From Takakia lepidozioides (lineage: Eukaryota; Plantae; Bryophyta), in the NCBI GenBank assembly GCA_030704615.1, contig CM060732.1, forward strand, positions 57,846,001-57,910,000: a stretch of DNA of 64,000 nucleotides. Reading direction: 5' to 3'. The notes beneath the pieces were generated by a model. That model searched no databases. It was not told the origin of the DNA and saw only the letters and a list, made by a program, of their open reading frames with translations. Numbering within the stretch: position 1 is the first letter of the stretch; every line of letters begins with the position of its first letter. A program made the position numbers and the translations under genes. Positions 13,361 to 26,200 of the stretch are shown here, in pieces.

Positions 13361-13964
13361 GAGCCAAGAGTGTCACTTGCCAAATCAATACGAATCTCTT
13401 GACCCTTCAAACTCCCCAAATCCTTCAAACTGAAGGCAAAGCAATTTCTATAAGCCCTTAGAAATCGCTGGATCCTCCGTCTCTCTCCTCCGGTGACTGT
13501 AGGTCCAACATCTGGTTCCCAATTGTCCTCAGTGACTGCAACCTTGAATACACCAGGCTTGGAGGTAGGAGACGAATCCTTTAGTTGCTAGATAACAACC
13601 TCTTGGGCCTTGTCCACCCAATCTGATTGTGGCGTAGCCTCCACTTGCTCCGCCATAGCCACCTTGAGAACATCCTCTGAGCAAGAAACAGACTCAACCT
13701 CTTTAAAAACCTTGGCTACATTGGCCCCCAACTTATCCTCAGTCCATGGCTCTCCCCACTCCTCATACTGCTGCTTGAGAGATCCAATGACTCTATCTTT
13801 ACGCATCTCATCCCACATCTGCCATGGGTGTTTGCAACCCACGATCCTGTGCTCGCCCTCACTCACTGCCTCAACCGTCCCGGTTGGCAGGGAGGATGCA
13901 CTATCCAATGGGAGTGCAGAAGTAGCCACCAATGCTTGCAATCTCCGTTGCTCAGCCATGCACA

Positions 13965-14912
13965 AGCCAATTATCCATGTCAAGCAATTTAGATCCATTG
14001 CTTGACCCAACACTTGGCGGCGTGATGCCTCTGACAGAGTTGGCACATCTGTAGTGCCGGTGACAAATCCCATTGCCCGCTCTCGCTCATCCGCATTGGG
14101 CTCCACCAATTGTTGTAGCACACTGTCCCAAATCTACCCAGGACCATTGTCTCGGAAAGCATGAGACGAGGGAAAGCTCATGAGTGTAGGCAAGGCCGCA
14201 CGTGGCTGCCCCACTCGATTGACCACTGTTAGAGGTTGACGATCATCATGTCGCACTCTCTGTGGTTGCCTCCCTTGGTCCAAAATGCCTTCAACCGTGA
14301 GATTGGGTGGCCGTTAAATGGAATCATATGTTCTTTTGAGCAGCTCTGGTGGTGCAAGATTGGTCCACCACAATCGAGGTCGATGCGCGTGTGATCCCAC
14401 TGCTGCTGCATCCAATAGCACCGCCGATCCAATCCAAGACCGCACCCGATGCACACTGGCCATAACCCTGGCCCGAGAATCCCCCAGAAGAGGAACATTC
14501 TCCAAGATATAGCCTAGAGGTTGCACTTGCCTCGTCTGCAAGTCCCGCAACACTCGCAACATCTCCCAAACAAATGCGATCGTGCATCATGCAAGCCATT
14601 CCCATGACATGCGGGAGAGTGTCCTTGGCAAGGCCATCCGGCTATCACCAAGTCGATGGCACCATGCCGGTCCAAATCATCCGCCCCCAGCAAGGTAATA
14701 TCTGCTGGCAAGGCTTTTTGGTACCCTTGAATTGCTGAGAGAGGCAACAACTCAAGATATCGGTGTGTGAGCAAGGCGATATGGCACATAGAAATATGGT
14801 GAGCTATCTCATCCTTCTCCACATATAAGTACTTGCGTACTTTAATCCCTGCTTACAATACTTCTGCAAGCCCAGTGCTCATGCCTCCAAACAGGTCTAG
14901 CAAACAAATCCC
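13965..14912 (-). pseudogene. DNMT3-like C5-cytosine methyltransferase domain inside retrotransposon pol
   Basis: Motifs in canonical order: I ICLLDLFGGMSTGL; II KYLYVEKD; IV IDLVIAGWPCQGHS; VI YILENV; VIII AAAVGSHAHRPRLWWTNL; IX ERERAMGF..TTDV; X RRQVLGQAM. Stop at 14853 and frameshifts near 14570, 14315 and 14150. Confidence 0.9.
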
Positions 14913-15249
14913 TGAGTCATGTGGTTGCCAGGTAATGGGCACTATGTCCAAAGGTGCTAACTCGGGAGGTCCAGGTGATGTCATTGAACTCCCATCACTC
15001 ACCAATGGAAAGGCCTCTTGCCATGCTTGGTGCACACACTTGCCTGCTACTCGATGCAAATTCCTAACCGTACCCCACAGTGGAATATGCATAGGTACAT
15101 GAGGAAGCAAATCAGCCTTGTATGCCAATTGTTTGTCCTCATCAGGTGATGGCCTATCATTTGCATGGCTATTGCCTTCCAAGAGCTCACCACCCCAAGC
15201 CACTACCCCTGAAAATGCAGCCAATGTGGGCATCATGTTCCTATGATCC

Positions 15250-15700
15250 ACCGCTACATTCCCAATAAACCACACTGGGAGCAGTGCACGTCTGTTATCT
15301 CCTGACTGCCACTCCGCCCTATAGGATGTCGTTTCTTCCCAAAAGTCCAGAGTGAATTCCATGGGGTATAACACCGCCCCACCAACAAGCACATCATAAG
15401 ACATCGCGTCCGTAACAATGGCTTTAGCTCTCATGACTGAGCCGTCTGTATGATGATCCGCCTGCAATCGAATGAAGAGCTCATGGCATGTAATCCCTTG
15501 TGTCTTCTCTGAACCGCCCAAAGATGTTTGAATTTGGAAAGGGCAAAGCTCCAAATCCGCCTCTGTAAAGCCCAAGCCTGCATTTCCTGCTCTTCCCAAC
15601 ATCAATGGCTGTGCCCCCGAGTCCAACAAGACCCGTAGTGGCCTATACCTCCTCCCAGCTGGGCCACCCAACTGAAACACACCATCCTGATTGTCCACCA
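15250..15700 (-). pseudogene. Retroviral-type aspartic protease domain
   Basis: RVLLDSGAQPLMLG catalytic motif and the downstream YDVLVG motif in ORF 14853-15752, in frame with DNMT motif I. Confidence 0.8.
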
Positions 15701-16206
15701 GGACTACCCCATGAGTCACCATACTGCGCTCAATGGCTGGCCTAGCCGGCAACTCCTACAATCTTGCAGCTGCCGCTTGCCATGGCGTAGCTGTGGCTGT
15801 CTTCACCCTTGAATTCAAGGCATTCATGCATTGCACCTTATCCGCTATCCCCGCAGATAGTGCCGATGCATCACCACTCCCACAGAGTCTAGCTGCTAAT
15901 CTGAACACAGCAGCTGGTCGAATCCCCGGCATTGCAATTGTCATTGCAGAAAACAATGGAGCTTGGCAAACTGCCGTAGCCGCCCCCAACAATGTACTGG
16001 CTGCACCTTGTTTTGCAGCACCACCCACTAGCATATCCCGAGCCATGCCAACTCTCCCCAATGGCACTCGTGGCTCTACCTCTGACACACTTGGGCGAGC
16101 AGGTGCCATCGATGGCGTAGTTGGCATTGTCTCAGCCAATATAAAAGACTGTGGAAGCCTTGTCTGTTGACTTGCTTCCCCCCTTTGTGGATAAAAATCC
16201 ATATCT

Positions 16207-17535
16207 TTGGTGGAGTTGTCAGGCGGGGAGTATGCCTCGGCAACGGTGATGCCAGCTAAGAAGGATATCTATTGCAATTGGACAGAAAGAAGGATGTGTG
16301 GGGACTATCGTCCTGTGAACCGTCAGACTAAGTCCGATAGATATGCCATGCCAACTCCAGAGGAGATCTTTGATGCCATTGGGCATGCAAAGGTATTTAG
16401 CACATTGGACTTGCGATCCAGTTACCACCAGTTGCCAATCAATGAGGCTGACAAGCAAAATACGGCGTTCTGGGGATTGACCAACATGGGAATGATTGTT
16501 TGTACCAGGATTCTCGCGGGGCTAGACTTCGTCTGGTGCTACATTGATGACATCATCATCTTTAGTGCTACGGTTGAGGAGCATGAGAGACACCTTCAGG
16601 TGGTGTTTGAGCGCTTGAGAGCGCACGGGTTGAAACTGCACCCCAGAAAGTGCAAGTTCTTCCACAATCAGATTGAGTATCTGGGCCACATGATGTACCC
16701 TGGAGGATTGGGTGTTCAATAGACAAAGGTGGAGGCCATTGCAAGCATTCCATGCCCCATGGATGTGAGCAGAGTTCGTGCTTTCATGGGATTGACAAAC
16801 TACTATCGACGGTTTGTCAAGGGATTTAGCAGCATTGCAAAGGCTCTTACCAAGTTGACCAAGGTGGGTCAGGAGTGGCAGTGGGAGGAGAAGCAGGAGG
16901 AGGCCTTTGAGGAACTCAAGGCTCGATTGACTTCTGCACCTATTTTTGAGGTGGCCTTTCCAGCTACATACGGATTGGAGTATGCTGGGGATTGGAGCAG
17001 TGCTCACACAGGTGGATGATGAGGGAAAGAGTTTGTAGTGGCATATGCTAGCCACTCGAGCAATGATGCCAAGGCGAAGTATAGTTTCTATGAAGAGGAA
17101 TGTCTAGTTGCGGTATAGGCAGTAGCACATTTTCAGATGCTACCTCTATGGCAATCTCTTCACCCTTGTCACGGATCACCAACCATTGAAGTGGTTGATG
17201 GAGTCAGACAAGCTTACAGGGAAGCTTGTACGGTGGGCACTTATGCTTCAAGAGTACGACTTTCAGGTGGTGCATCGAGCTGGTATAGTCAATCGGGATG
17301 CAGCTGGATTGAGTCGTAGTCTATGCACGAGCGAACATGATGATACTGGAGCTCGGTAGCATGGTTAGACAGATGAGGAGATTGTGTCAGGATGACATGC
17401 CTTTTTGTGCATTCTAGCAATGGGAGCTCAAGCTGGTCCATCCCATGCGATTGGTCATGTAGATAGCGTGCATAACGATCCAGAGACTAGTGAGGAGTTT
17501 GGTGTTGCTAAGGATGTGCATGAAGATGCAACAGT
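16207..17535 (+). pseudogene. Reverse transcriptase and RNase H of the DNMT-carrying element
   Basis: RMCGDYRPVN, FSTLDLRSSYHQ, YIDDIIIFS, IEYLGH; RNase H LHTDWS..GIGAVL, VAYAS, VTDHQPLKWL. Confidence 0.9.
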
Positions 17536-17538
17536 GTT

Positions 17539-18190
17539 TTTGGTGCTCCAGCCGAGGTACTCACGGACCAGGGGAGAACTTGCTGTGACATCCAAGGTCG
17601 TAGGCGCTGTCTGCTGCAGATACACATAGTTTCCAGGGTTGAATCTCCGAACACCCGGTCGATATCCTCCTCCACGTATAGTGGCATACGTCAATGTGTC
17701 TCGGTGTTGGGCAATAGCAAGGTTCTCAAAAGCCATAGGCATGACTCTCTTGAACAACTCTGCCCGCTGGTCACACGCTTGTGTCCACACATCCGGATCA
17801 TCAAGGTTGAGGACTACTGCAGCCTCTCTGCGAATAGATGCAGACAAATCTAGCTCTCGGCCGAAGAGAAAAAAGTAAGGTGAGAAAGGCAAGTGAAGCT
17901 TGCTGAACCTGTAGCCCATAGCTAGCCAAGGCAGCTGAAGGTCCCAATCTCCTAGGTGTTCCTTCTGTAAGCCATACTTGCGCAAACCTCTCTTGACTGT
18001 CTGAACAACTCTCTTCGCCAAGCCATCAGCCTCGGGATGATCCCGAGAAGTAGTGAGTGTGATTCTAAGGGTCAGGGAGGTGTTGCCTTCAGGAGTGTTG
18101 ATTCTGGAAGGTCGAGATGGTATGGTATGGAAGGATTATGTGCGCAATTGTGCATTATGCCACCTCCCACATGTGAATGGGATGATAGAT
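17539..18190. pseudogene. Fragmented integrase of the DNMT-carrying element
   Basis: FGAPAEVLTDQGR (+, 17539-17577); TTSRDHPEADGLAKRVVQTVKRGL..WDLQLPWLAMGYR (-, 17579-18055); VILRVR..LEGRDGMVWKDYVRNC (+). Confidence 0.8.
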
Positions 18191-18221
18191 TCCCAACCTT
18201 ATCACCAGCTAGGGGGGCGAT

Positions 18222-18800
18222 TGTAGCATAGTTTTCTAGGATTGTGTGCTAAGAATATGTGGTGAACAACGATGTATGTTGTGGCACGATACTTAGGTGC
18301 ACGACAGCTGTCATGGTTTTAGTCATGGTTAACTAGAATTACCTACTTCTAGTTAATTAGGACATTTTGTATATTTATATTTGTATTTTGTGTGTTGGGA
18401 TTTCATTTGGTCTCATATGCCAAGTGAGGTGTCAAGCCTCACTTGGGACATGGGGAGTGGTTTTCCGCTTAGAGAGCTCATCTTCTTGTAGTTGAGCCTC
18501 CATGAGCCTCCATGAGCCTCTCTCACCTCCATAGCTCTAGGTATTGAGAGGGAGTGTATTGAGGGCTTTGTAGGGTGGATTCCTTTAGCTTGACTTAGTT
18601 TATGTGATAGAGTGGATTTCACTTGGAATGAGTAGGACTTGTTCTTAGTGTGATTGCTTCATGCTTTGAGAGCTTTCATTGTCATCCACTTATCTAATTT
18701 CTCATCTCTTATCATTGTAGCATAGCTTTCTAGGATTGTGTGCTAAGAATGTGTGGTGGACAACAATGTATGTTATGGCACGATGCTTAGGTGCACGACA
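18222..18800 (+). repeat. Truncated LTR of the DNMT-carrying element, with its first 85 bp repeated at 18716-18800
   Basis: Starts TGTAGC directly after the PPT. Homologous to the reverse complement of 39717 to ~39310. Confidence 0.8.
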
Positions 18801-19550
18801 AATGTTTTAGCGATTGTCTAAGGGTGAAGGCCTCGTGCAAGTAAGCTGCCAAACATTTCTGATAGTGGAAGACTTTAGTGAGAGATTGGGTTCCACGGAA
18901 GAAATAATGGAATCTCCCACAAATCTTGTAGTATAGAGGACAATAGAAGAACTGTTCTTCAGTTTCAATTTCTCGGCAGAGCTTTGTCATGAGATTGGGT
19001 AGCTTCAAAGTTTTCTTGACATGTAATTCCATAAGCTCTCTCCTGATGAGTCTGTTGCGGTCCTGTCTGGACGTGATGTCCACCCCTTCTGGATTCATGG
19101 GTGATATGGAAGCAGTAGACAGTCCATTGTGCTCAAATAAACTATCCACTCTTGCATACCAGGAGTGCCTGAAACCTGTAGCTTTGAGCCCCATAGATGT
19201 TGTGAGGGCTCTTGCCACAAGCCCCTTGGGTGGAAGGGCTTGTAATCTATGAAGAACGATTGTAGGCCAGAAGAGGGCCTCGGTTTCCAATGGCATGCAT
19301 GCAAACTCTGCACCTATGATGTGAGACGGAGTTGTGCTTCCGGCACCAAGCATTGCTTGGAGAAAAGATGATTTGGGGGAGTTGATAACCAAACCCAGAT
19401 ACCAATATGATTTCACAATCTCAATTTCCTGGTGGTTGAAGATGAATCTGCGATCAGCCGGGCCATTGAAGACCATGATCTTGGTCTTGCTAAGATTGAC
19501 TTGCAGCCCATAGTCTTTGGAGAACTGTTCCAGAATGTGGAGATGACGTG
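18801..19550 (-). mobile_element. LINE (RTE/L2-like) ORF2 C-terminal remnant
   Basis: LEQFSKDYGLQVNLSKTKIMVF..EIVKSYWYLG (late RT domains) and C-terminal ETEEQFFYCPLY. Confidence 0.75.
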
Positions 19551-20289
19551 GCAAGGAACTAAAAAAGGCATACATGAAAAACCTAGAGAAAGGAAACAAA
19601 GAGAAGAGAAGTTGACCATCTGGTGACCGTTTGCACAACCCCCCAAGAAGCAGAGAAACTCTTTACAACTTAAATTGAGAGTGAACAGTGGACCACTTTC
19701 CTTTTCCAAAACTTTACAGTGAAACTTGCTGAATACTTGGCAGCCAAAGGCATACTCAGGTGCTCCCATAGAACAGTAAGAGACAAACCACATGAACATG
19801 TCCACTGGAATGATAAGGGCAAAACTGAAATTGCAAGCTTATAGCAGCAATTCCTAGTGTTCACTCATCTTAATAATCTGATACGCTACTGTAAAATACA
19901 ATGGTTGTGGCGTAAAACACTTCAACACCTGCACTCCTTATTGCAAGAGTCCATGTTAAGCAGCAGTATTACTCGATGCATTTCCTGCGGGGCCGGTGCT
20001 AGGATTCTGGACAAGCCTAAAGTAAAGAATCTGTACAAGTAGGTTGTGTGGAGACAGGGCCATGAAACAAAATTGCACTCCTATCACAGGACACATGAAC
20101 CATTAACTTGAGGCAGTCCTACTACTTCATTGCAGCAGCTCCTTTTGTGAATCACCCAACATACTGTGCCAATTGATCCCTCCACTGAGTGTGAAGCTAC
20201 CTCAGTTGCCCATTGGAACCAATGATGCAAACCCCTGCAACATTCACCGTCTCCCCTGGTCTTTGTTCCAGCCATGGCCCAAGCTGATG

Positions 20290-23200
20290 TTATGAGGTTG
20301 ACATATGAAGCTTCACAAGAGCTGAGTAGGCTCCACCTTCTCTGGCCATCAATTGGTCATGTTTTCCCTGTTCCACTATTGCGCCATTTTTCACAACTGC
20401 AATGACATCAGCATTTCGGATGGTAGAAAGGCGATGTGCAACAACAATCGTTGACCGGTTGGCCATGACGCGGTCAAGGGCCTCCTGGACAACGTGCTCT
20501 GACTCTGCATCCAAGGCACTGGTGGCTTCATCCAGAAGCAATATCTTGGGATCCTTTAGTATCGCCCTAGCTATGGCTACCCGCTGCTTCTGTCCGCCCG
20601 AAAGCTGGATACCCCTTTCCCCTACCGTTGTATTGTAGGACTCAGGCAAGGCAGTTATAAACTTGTGGGCATTGGAGGCCTTTGCGGCAGTTTCGATCTC
20701 AGTGTCTGCAACATCATCATCTCTCCCATATGTGATATTTGCTCTGATGGTAGTATTAAACAAGACCGGCTCCTGGCTCACGAGTCCAATTTGTTGTCTC
20801 AGCCACCTCACTTCTAACTGTTTGATGTCCACACCATCAATCAAAATGCTACCGCTAGCAGGGTCATAGAAGCGCTCAATGAGAGAGATCACTGTGGACT
20901 TCCCACTTCCAGACTCCCCCACCAAGGCCAGAGTCTGAGCACCACCCAAGAGAACCCAGTAATAAAAATCAGTTTCAAATCTCAAAATCCCCCTGGTCCT
21001 ACATCACAACTTGGCCTCCTCCATGCAGCAAAACGCTCTACAAACCATACATCCAAATCTCAGATAAAGCATGCCAAGCCACTCGAGAATCAGACAGCCT
21101 GCTTTATCAGGAACAAATCATACATGCACACCCACTGGCATAGTTACGTGATAAAATATGCACAAATTGATCTTATGTCAAACAGAATGAAGTTTTAGAT
21201 GCGACGAACCTTTCCAGCATGGATTGTCAAACATAGGTCCTTAAAGATCTGCACATTTGGCCTTGTTGGATAGGTAAAGCTAATATGCTGGAACTCGACT
21301 TCTCCTTTGACCGTTTTCAAGGTCCTCCCAGATTTCTCGAGAGGGTCGATCTTGGATTTACCGTCCAGCAAATCGAAAACCGAATTAACAGCACTCTTTA
21401 CCTTGGTTATATCAGGAGTCAATCCAGCTGTTTGGGACACTCCCAGAGCACTCATAGTGATCGCAAAGAACACCTGCATGCTTTACTTGTTCTTCTCAGT
21501 TATGACCACAAAAGTTGACAATCTGCATCTTACGCATGAAAAACACTACTTTATAATGTCCGTGGACAGCTCAAAGAGCTTATGGGATAAGAAAACAAGA
21601 AAGAGAGTGGCCCCCTCAACAAGCAGCCCAAAAACAACTACTGATCAAGGGATTGTCTAAGAGGCATGCTGCCAAGCATTTCTGATCCTCGCAATGGAAG
21701 ACCTCTGTAAGAGATCGGTATCGCAGACTAGACCAGTGTCTACTCTGGATCTCATAGTAGAAAGGACAATGAAAGAACAAATGTTCTTCATTTTTCAATT
21801 TCCCTCCTCATCCCTAGCACAAATAGGGCACAGGGACTCATCATGCTGCAGCTTGTCCGACCTCCTGGTCTCTATCTGCAGACTTTGGGAGCCCACCCCT
21901 CGACCTTCCCAATGCCCTTAGGAGAGTGATAGAGCTGCTAAGAGGTAATTGGGTTGTAAGATTCTATCATCATGGACAACCAAAAATATCTTCCGAGATA
22001 ACTGCAGCTTTGTTATGAGATTGATAGGTTTCCAGATCCGCCTGACATGGAGTTCTATCATTCCCGTCTGATGCATCTGCTACGGTCGCACTTCACATAA
22101 TTTCAAAACCCTCCATACTTGGTGGCAGTAGGGAAGCAACGGACAGTCATGGCGCTCAAAGAAGTTGCAGATCACCAAGAGTAAAACCAGCATTTTGAGC
22201 CTCATAGAGATTTCAAAGAAAGGAACTTTAAAACGTCCATGGAAGCTCAAAGAGCTTTAAGGACATAGGAGGAGCGGGTTTTGTGGGAGCAGACCTTGAA
22301 AACTTTGCTGAAGGAGGTTTTTTGTTGAGAAACCAAGCGGGCGCCAAACCAGAAAGCAAGCGCATAGCAGGCAAACAGCACAAAGTTGGAGAAGCCTAAG
22401 CCTGTTCCACTGATGACACCCTGGCGGATACCACTCTTCAAGGGCTGTTTGCATTTCTCCTCATACAAAGTTACCACCTTCTCTTCCGCACAGAAAGAAG
22501 CCACAGTGCGAATGCTGGAGATTGCATCAGTTGCCACTCGGCTTGCATCTTGGTATGCCTCCTGGAGACATGGTACAACACAGATTAGATCACCAGCAAT
22601 GTCAGCTATGTGGGCTATGTCACCTGGTGAAGGGAAACTGACATACTGACATTTACTACTATTTGGCTTGAAGCTAGTTCCCTTTCTGTGGCCTCAGTAT
22701 GCACACGATCTACTGACCACACCGAAAAGGTGAAGACTTTTGGTTAGGAATCTTATGCCACAACTGCCAGCAACTGACACACACAACCTCATACTGATAG
22801 CAGCATCAGTCCTCGACTCATCTGCCAATCTCATCCAAGCTACAAGCACAAGAATGCTGGATGTTGGCAGGGTTTACTCAACTTCCAGCCCATAACAGCT
22901 CAGCAACCGCCTGATTAAACTCCGATGTGATCTAAGAAAAGACAGGTACCGCAAGGTTGTACTATTCTTGTCTTCTGGAAGGACAAAGCAGGGGTAGAGA
23001 CATTGTCCGCCAAGTGCAACAAACAAGAAGACAGAAGGGACGGGAGAAGGACCTTGGCATCAGTAGTAAAACCCTGCATGAACTTCATCTGCATGTAGCC
23101 TTGGGTGGCCAAGAGAGGAACCAAAGCCAGAACCAGAAGAGAGAGTTCCCAGTTGGCAGTGAAAGCAATAGTGAGCCCACACACAATGGTGCCGACATTT

Positions 23201-26200
23201 TGTACCATCAGAGACAGGGTGTCACCCACCATACTCTTCACGGCGGCTGCATCAGTTGAGAGGCGTGCACTTATGCCACCGCTGCAATAAAAAGCCAGCC
23301 AGCATTTGTTCTGGTTTAGTTCATTATCATATGTGTTGGAACTAGGAAATGAAATGGTGCTTTATAACGTCCGCGGAAAGCTCTTAGAGCTTATGGAAAG
23401 TGCAAGAAAACATGAGAGAGGAGAGAAAGTGGAAGAAACACCCACTTTACCTCCTGATATCGCTTCTTTCAAATAGACCACTAACACAAGATAGATCCTC
23501 ACCAATCAGTGCAAAAAACAAATAAAATGTGCAATCCACCTTGAATTTTCATCCTCGTCAAACCATCCAACTTCTCGCCGCAAGACCTTTTCAAATGTCA
23601 ATCGCCGAATCCGCCGAATCAGCCTTTGCCCTATAATTGCAAAAGTGATGATCTGTGTGGGTGCGACCACAAAAACTCCAAGAGCCAGCACCAGATACAT
23701 GAGGGACCAAAAATTGGCCTTTTTTCGCAACTCATGTTTGTCAGATAAATAGAAAGCTCCAATAACATTGGAAAGTAGCAGACCAAAGATAGGGAAGATT
23801 GATCCATTGGCCGCAGCAGCAGCAGAACCAACAATGAATAGGGGCAGTTCAGGCTTATTCAGAGAGGCAAGCCGGAAGACAGATGACTCTGCCCTGCTAG
23901 ACTTCTTTTCTGTACCACTTTCAATATCATCATCCCGTTGTCCTCCACTCTTGGAGCTTGCAGAGCGGTTCATGGATGCAGAGTTGCGGGGGGAGTTACG
24001 GTTGGTCAAAAAAGAAAGGCTCAACCGGCGGCTGCCCCTGCTTGAGTTTCTACTCAAAGACCTAGAGATTGCATCCCCATTGGGTTCCGGCTCTACTGGG
24101 ATGTCCCTTGTCTTCGGCTTGTAAACTTGTTGTAGGCGAATTAACTGCGAGTATGCTCCGTCAGGTTTGCTCGAGAGTTCATCATGTGACCCTGCAGACA
24201 CCATAGCCAGTGATGAGGTGCTCTCGACACGCATGTGGCACTTAGAGCCCCATCAAACTGCTCTCTTCAGGAGGCATAGATTCTTTGCTATATTAAAGTT
24301 CTGAGCTGGGGAAATCTCCCAAAATTTTGGACAAGTAGTTTTTAGGGCAACTGACTGTTTAATACCGAATCTAAACATTGCCACTGCACATATAAATAGT
24401 TGATTGTAAAAAGCCTACCATTGTAGACAACAGATGCTCAGGTGGACTGAATTTCTAAGTCATTGGACATGAGAAAGAGGACCATTGCTTTGTCACAAGG
24501 GGATTATCTGATGCTCAAAGAATGCACTTTGCCTTCTTACACACATGTGGAATTGGCATGAGGTTCAAGATAGGGAGGTAAGGAATTTCTGCCTGTTTCC
24601 ACAACGACACCTCGCTGTATAACAGCTATAAGATTGGCCGATCGAATGGTAGATAGCCGGTGTGCCACAACCACAGTTGTCCGTCCCACCATCACCTGTT
24701 CCAGTGCTTGTTGGACTACCCTCTCTGACTCTGCATCCAATGCACTTGTTGCTTCATCCAGCAGTAGGATGCGAGGGTTTTTCAGTATAGCCCTTGCAAT
24801 TGCCACCCTCTGCTTTTGGCCCCCTGATAACTGAATGCCTCGCTCTCCCACCTGCGTTTCAAACCCCTGCAGACGCACCAAGTACATAGGAGGTACATGT
24901 CAGAAGACATTACCAGCAAGGTCCCCATCTTGGAGCATTCTTGCCTTAGTAGGTCCTGGGCCTAATAGTAGGCCACCATTTTGATGCCCCTAACAACGCA
25001 GGGTAAAACCTGACACAAAGGAAAACACAAAGATGGATTCAGATAAAAAAAAAATAGGCATTACATGTCACACCTTAGGCATTTTGTTGATGAAGGTGGC
25101 TGCATTAGCCAACACAGCTGCAGCCTGAATCTCCTCCTCCTTGGCTCCATCCTTCCCGTAAGCAATGTTCTCCCGTATCGATGTCCCAAAGAGAACCGGC
25201 TCCTGACTGACAAGGCCTATCTGCTGTCGCAACCACTTTAGTTGCATTGTCTTGATGTCAACTCCATCAACCAGAACTTGGCCAGCCACAGGATCATAAA
25301 ACCTCTCTATTAGACTCACCACAGTTGATTTGCCTGACCCACTTTCTCCAACCAAGGCCACAGTGGTGCCAGGCGCAATGGAGAGGTTGAACTTTGAAAA
25401 TATTTGCACATCTGGCCGAGTTGGGTAGCTGAAGTCAATGTCATGAAGCTCAATCTCTCCTTTCAGGTTGTCGAGAACTACACCACTCAAATCAGATGCA
25501 TCAATCTGGGGCATACGCTTGATGACCTCAAACAATTTGTATGCTGCTGCTCTGCCTGCTGCAAAGGCAGACACACATGGGGATGCTTGGCCCAGTGATC
25601 TGCTCACAGAAAACCACCCGAGAACCTGAGAACTTAACTGCTCACCTAAATATCATGCAACTAACTCTTGAGAGTTCCTCTAATATAGATATCAATGTGA
25701 GAGCCTAGTAAATTCTGAACTCGCATTTGAGCAGATAAAATGAGATAGCCACATCCAAAGCAAAGAAGAGCTTTCAATGATGAAAGGATAGCCGCCAAAA
25801 TAGAGATCAAAGAGAGTCTAAACTATGGGCTTTTCGCAGACGTTATAAAATTCCTTTTCATTACATTTCATTTCTTCCTCTCTTGAGAGCCCCACTTTCA
25901 CTTGTACCATACTTCCTTTTGTCCAGAAGTTCTTTGAGTTTCCCATGGTGTTATAAAGTTTCTTTCCTTCCCTTTCTTCTTTATCAACAAAACTAAGATC
26001 ATGTTTTTCAACGGCCATGCTGATCAAAGATTCCTGGTCAACCAGACAGATCAATTCATGAAATCATAGCCTTTCTTCTCTCACTGCCTTTGGTAGTGAG
26101 GTCTGGGGAACATACTATTGCCTACTCCAAGATAGCCAATCCCTTACTAAGGTGTTCCACTACAGGGATCAGAAATGCTTGACAGCATCCCTGCATGAGA

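Larger units (their letters stand above)
11017..18800 (+). mobile_element. Ty3/Gypsy LTR retrotransposon carrying a DNMT3-like methyltransferase (copy 1, internally inverted, degenerate)
   Basis: Leader 11017-11750; gag (+) 11755-13360; inverted linker-PR-DNMT-preRT (-) 13361-16206; RT/RH (+) 16207-17535; integrase pieces 17539-17577 (+), 17579-18055 (-), 18056-18190 (+); PPT AGGGGGGCGAT 18211-18221; LTR from 18222. Confidence 0.88.

Noticed and set aside
13965-14912. Bacterial restriction-modification MTase or host DNMT3 gene
   Set aside because: Intronless, in frame with the retroviral protease and RT, present in two element copies, with DNMT3-type motifs.
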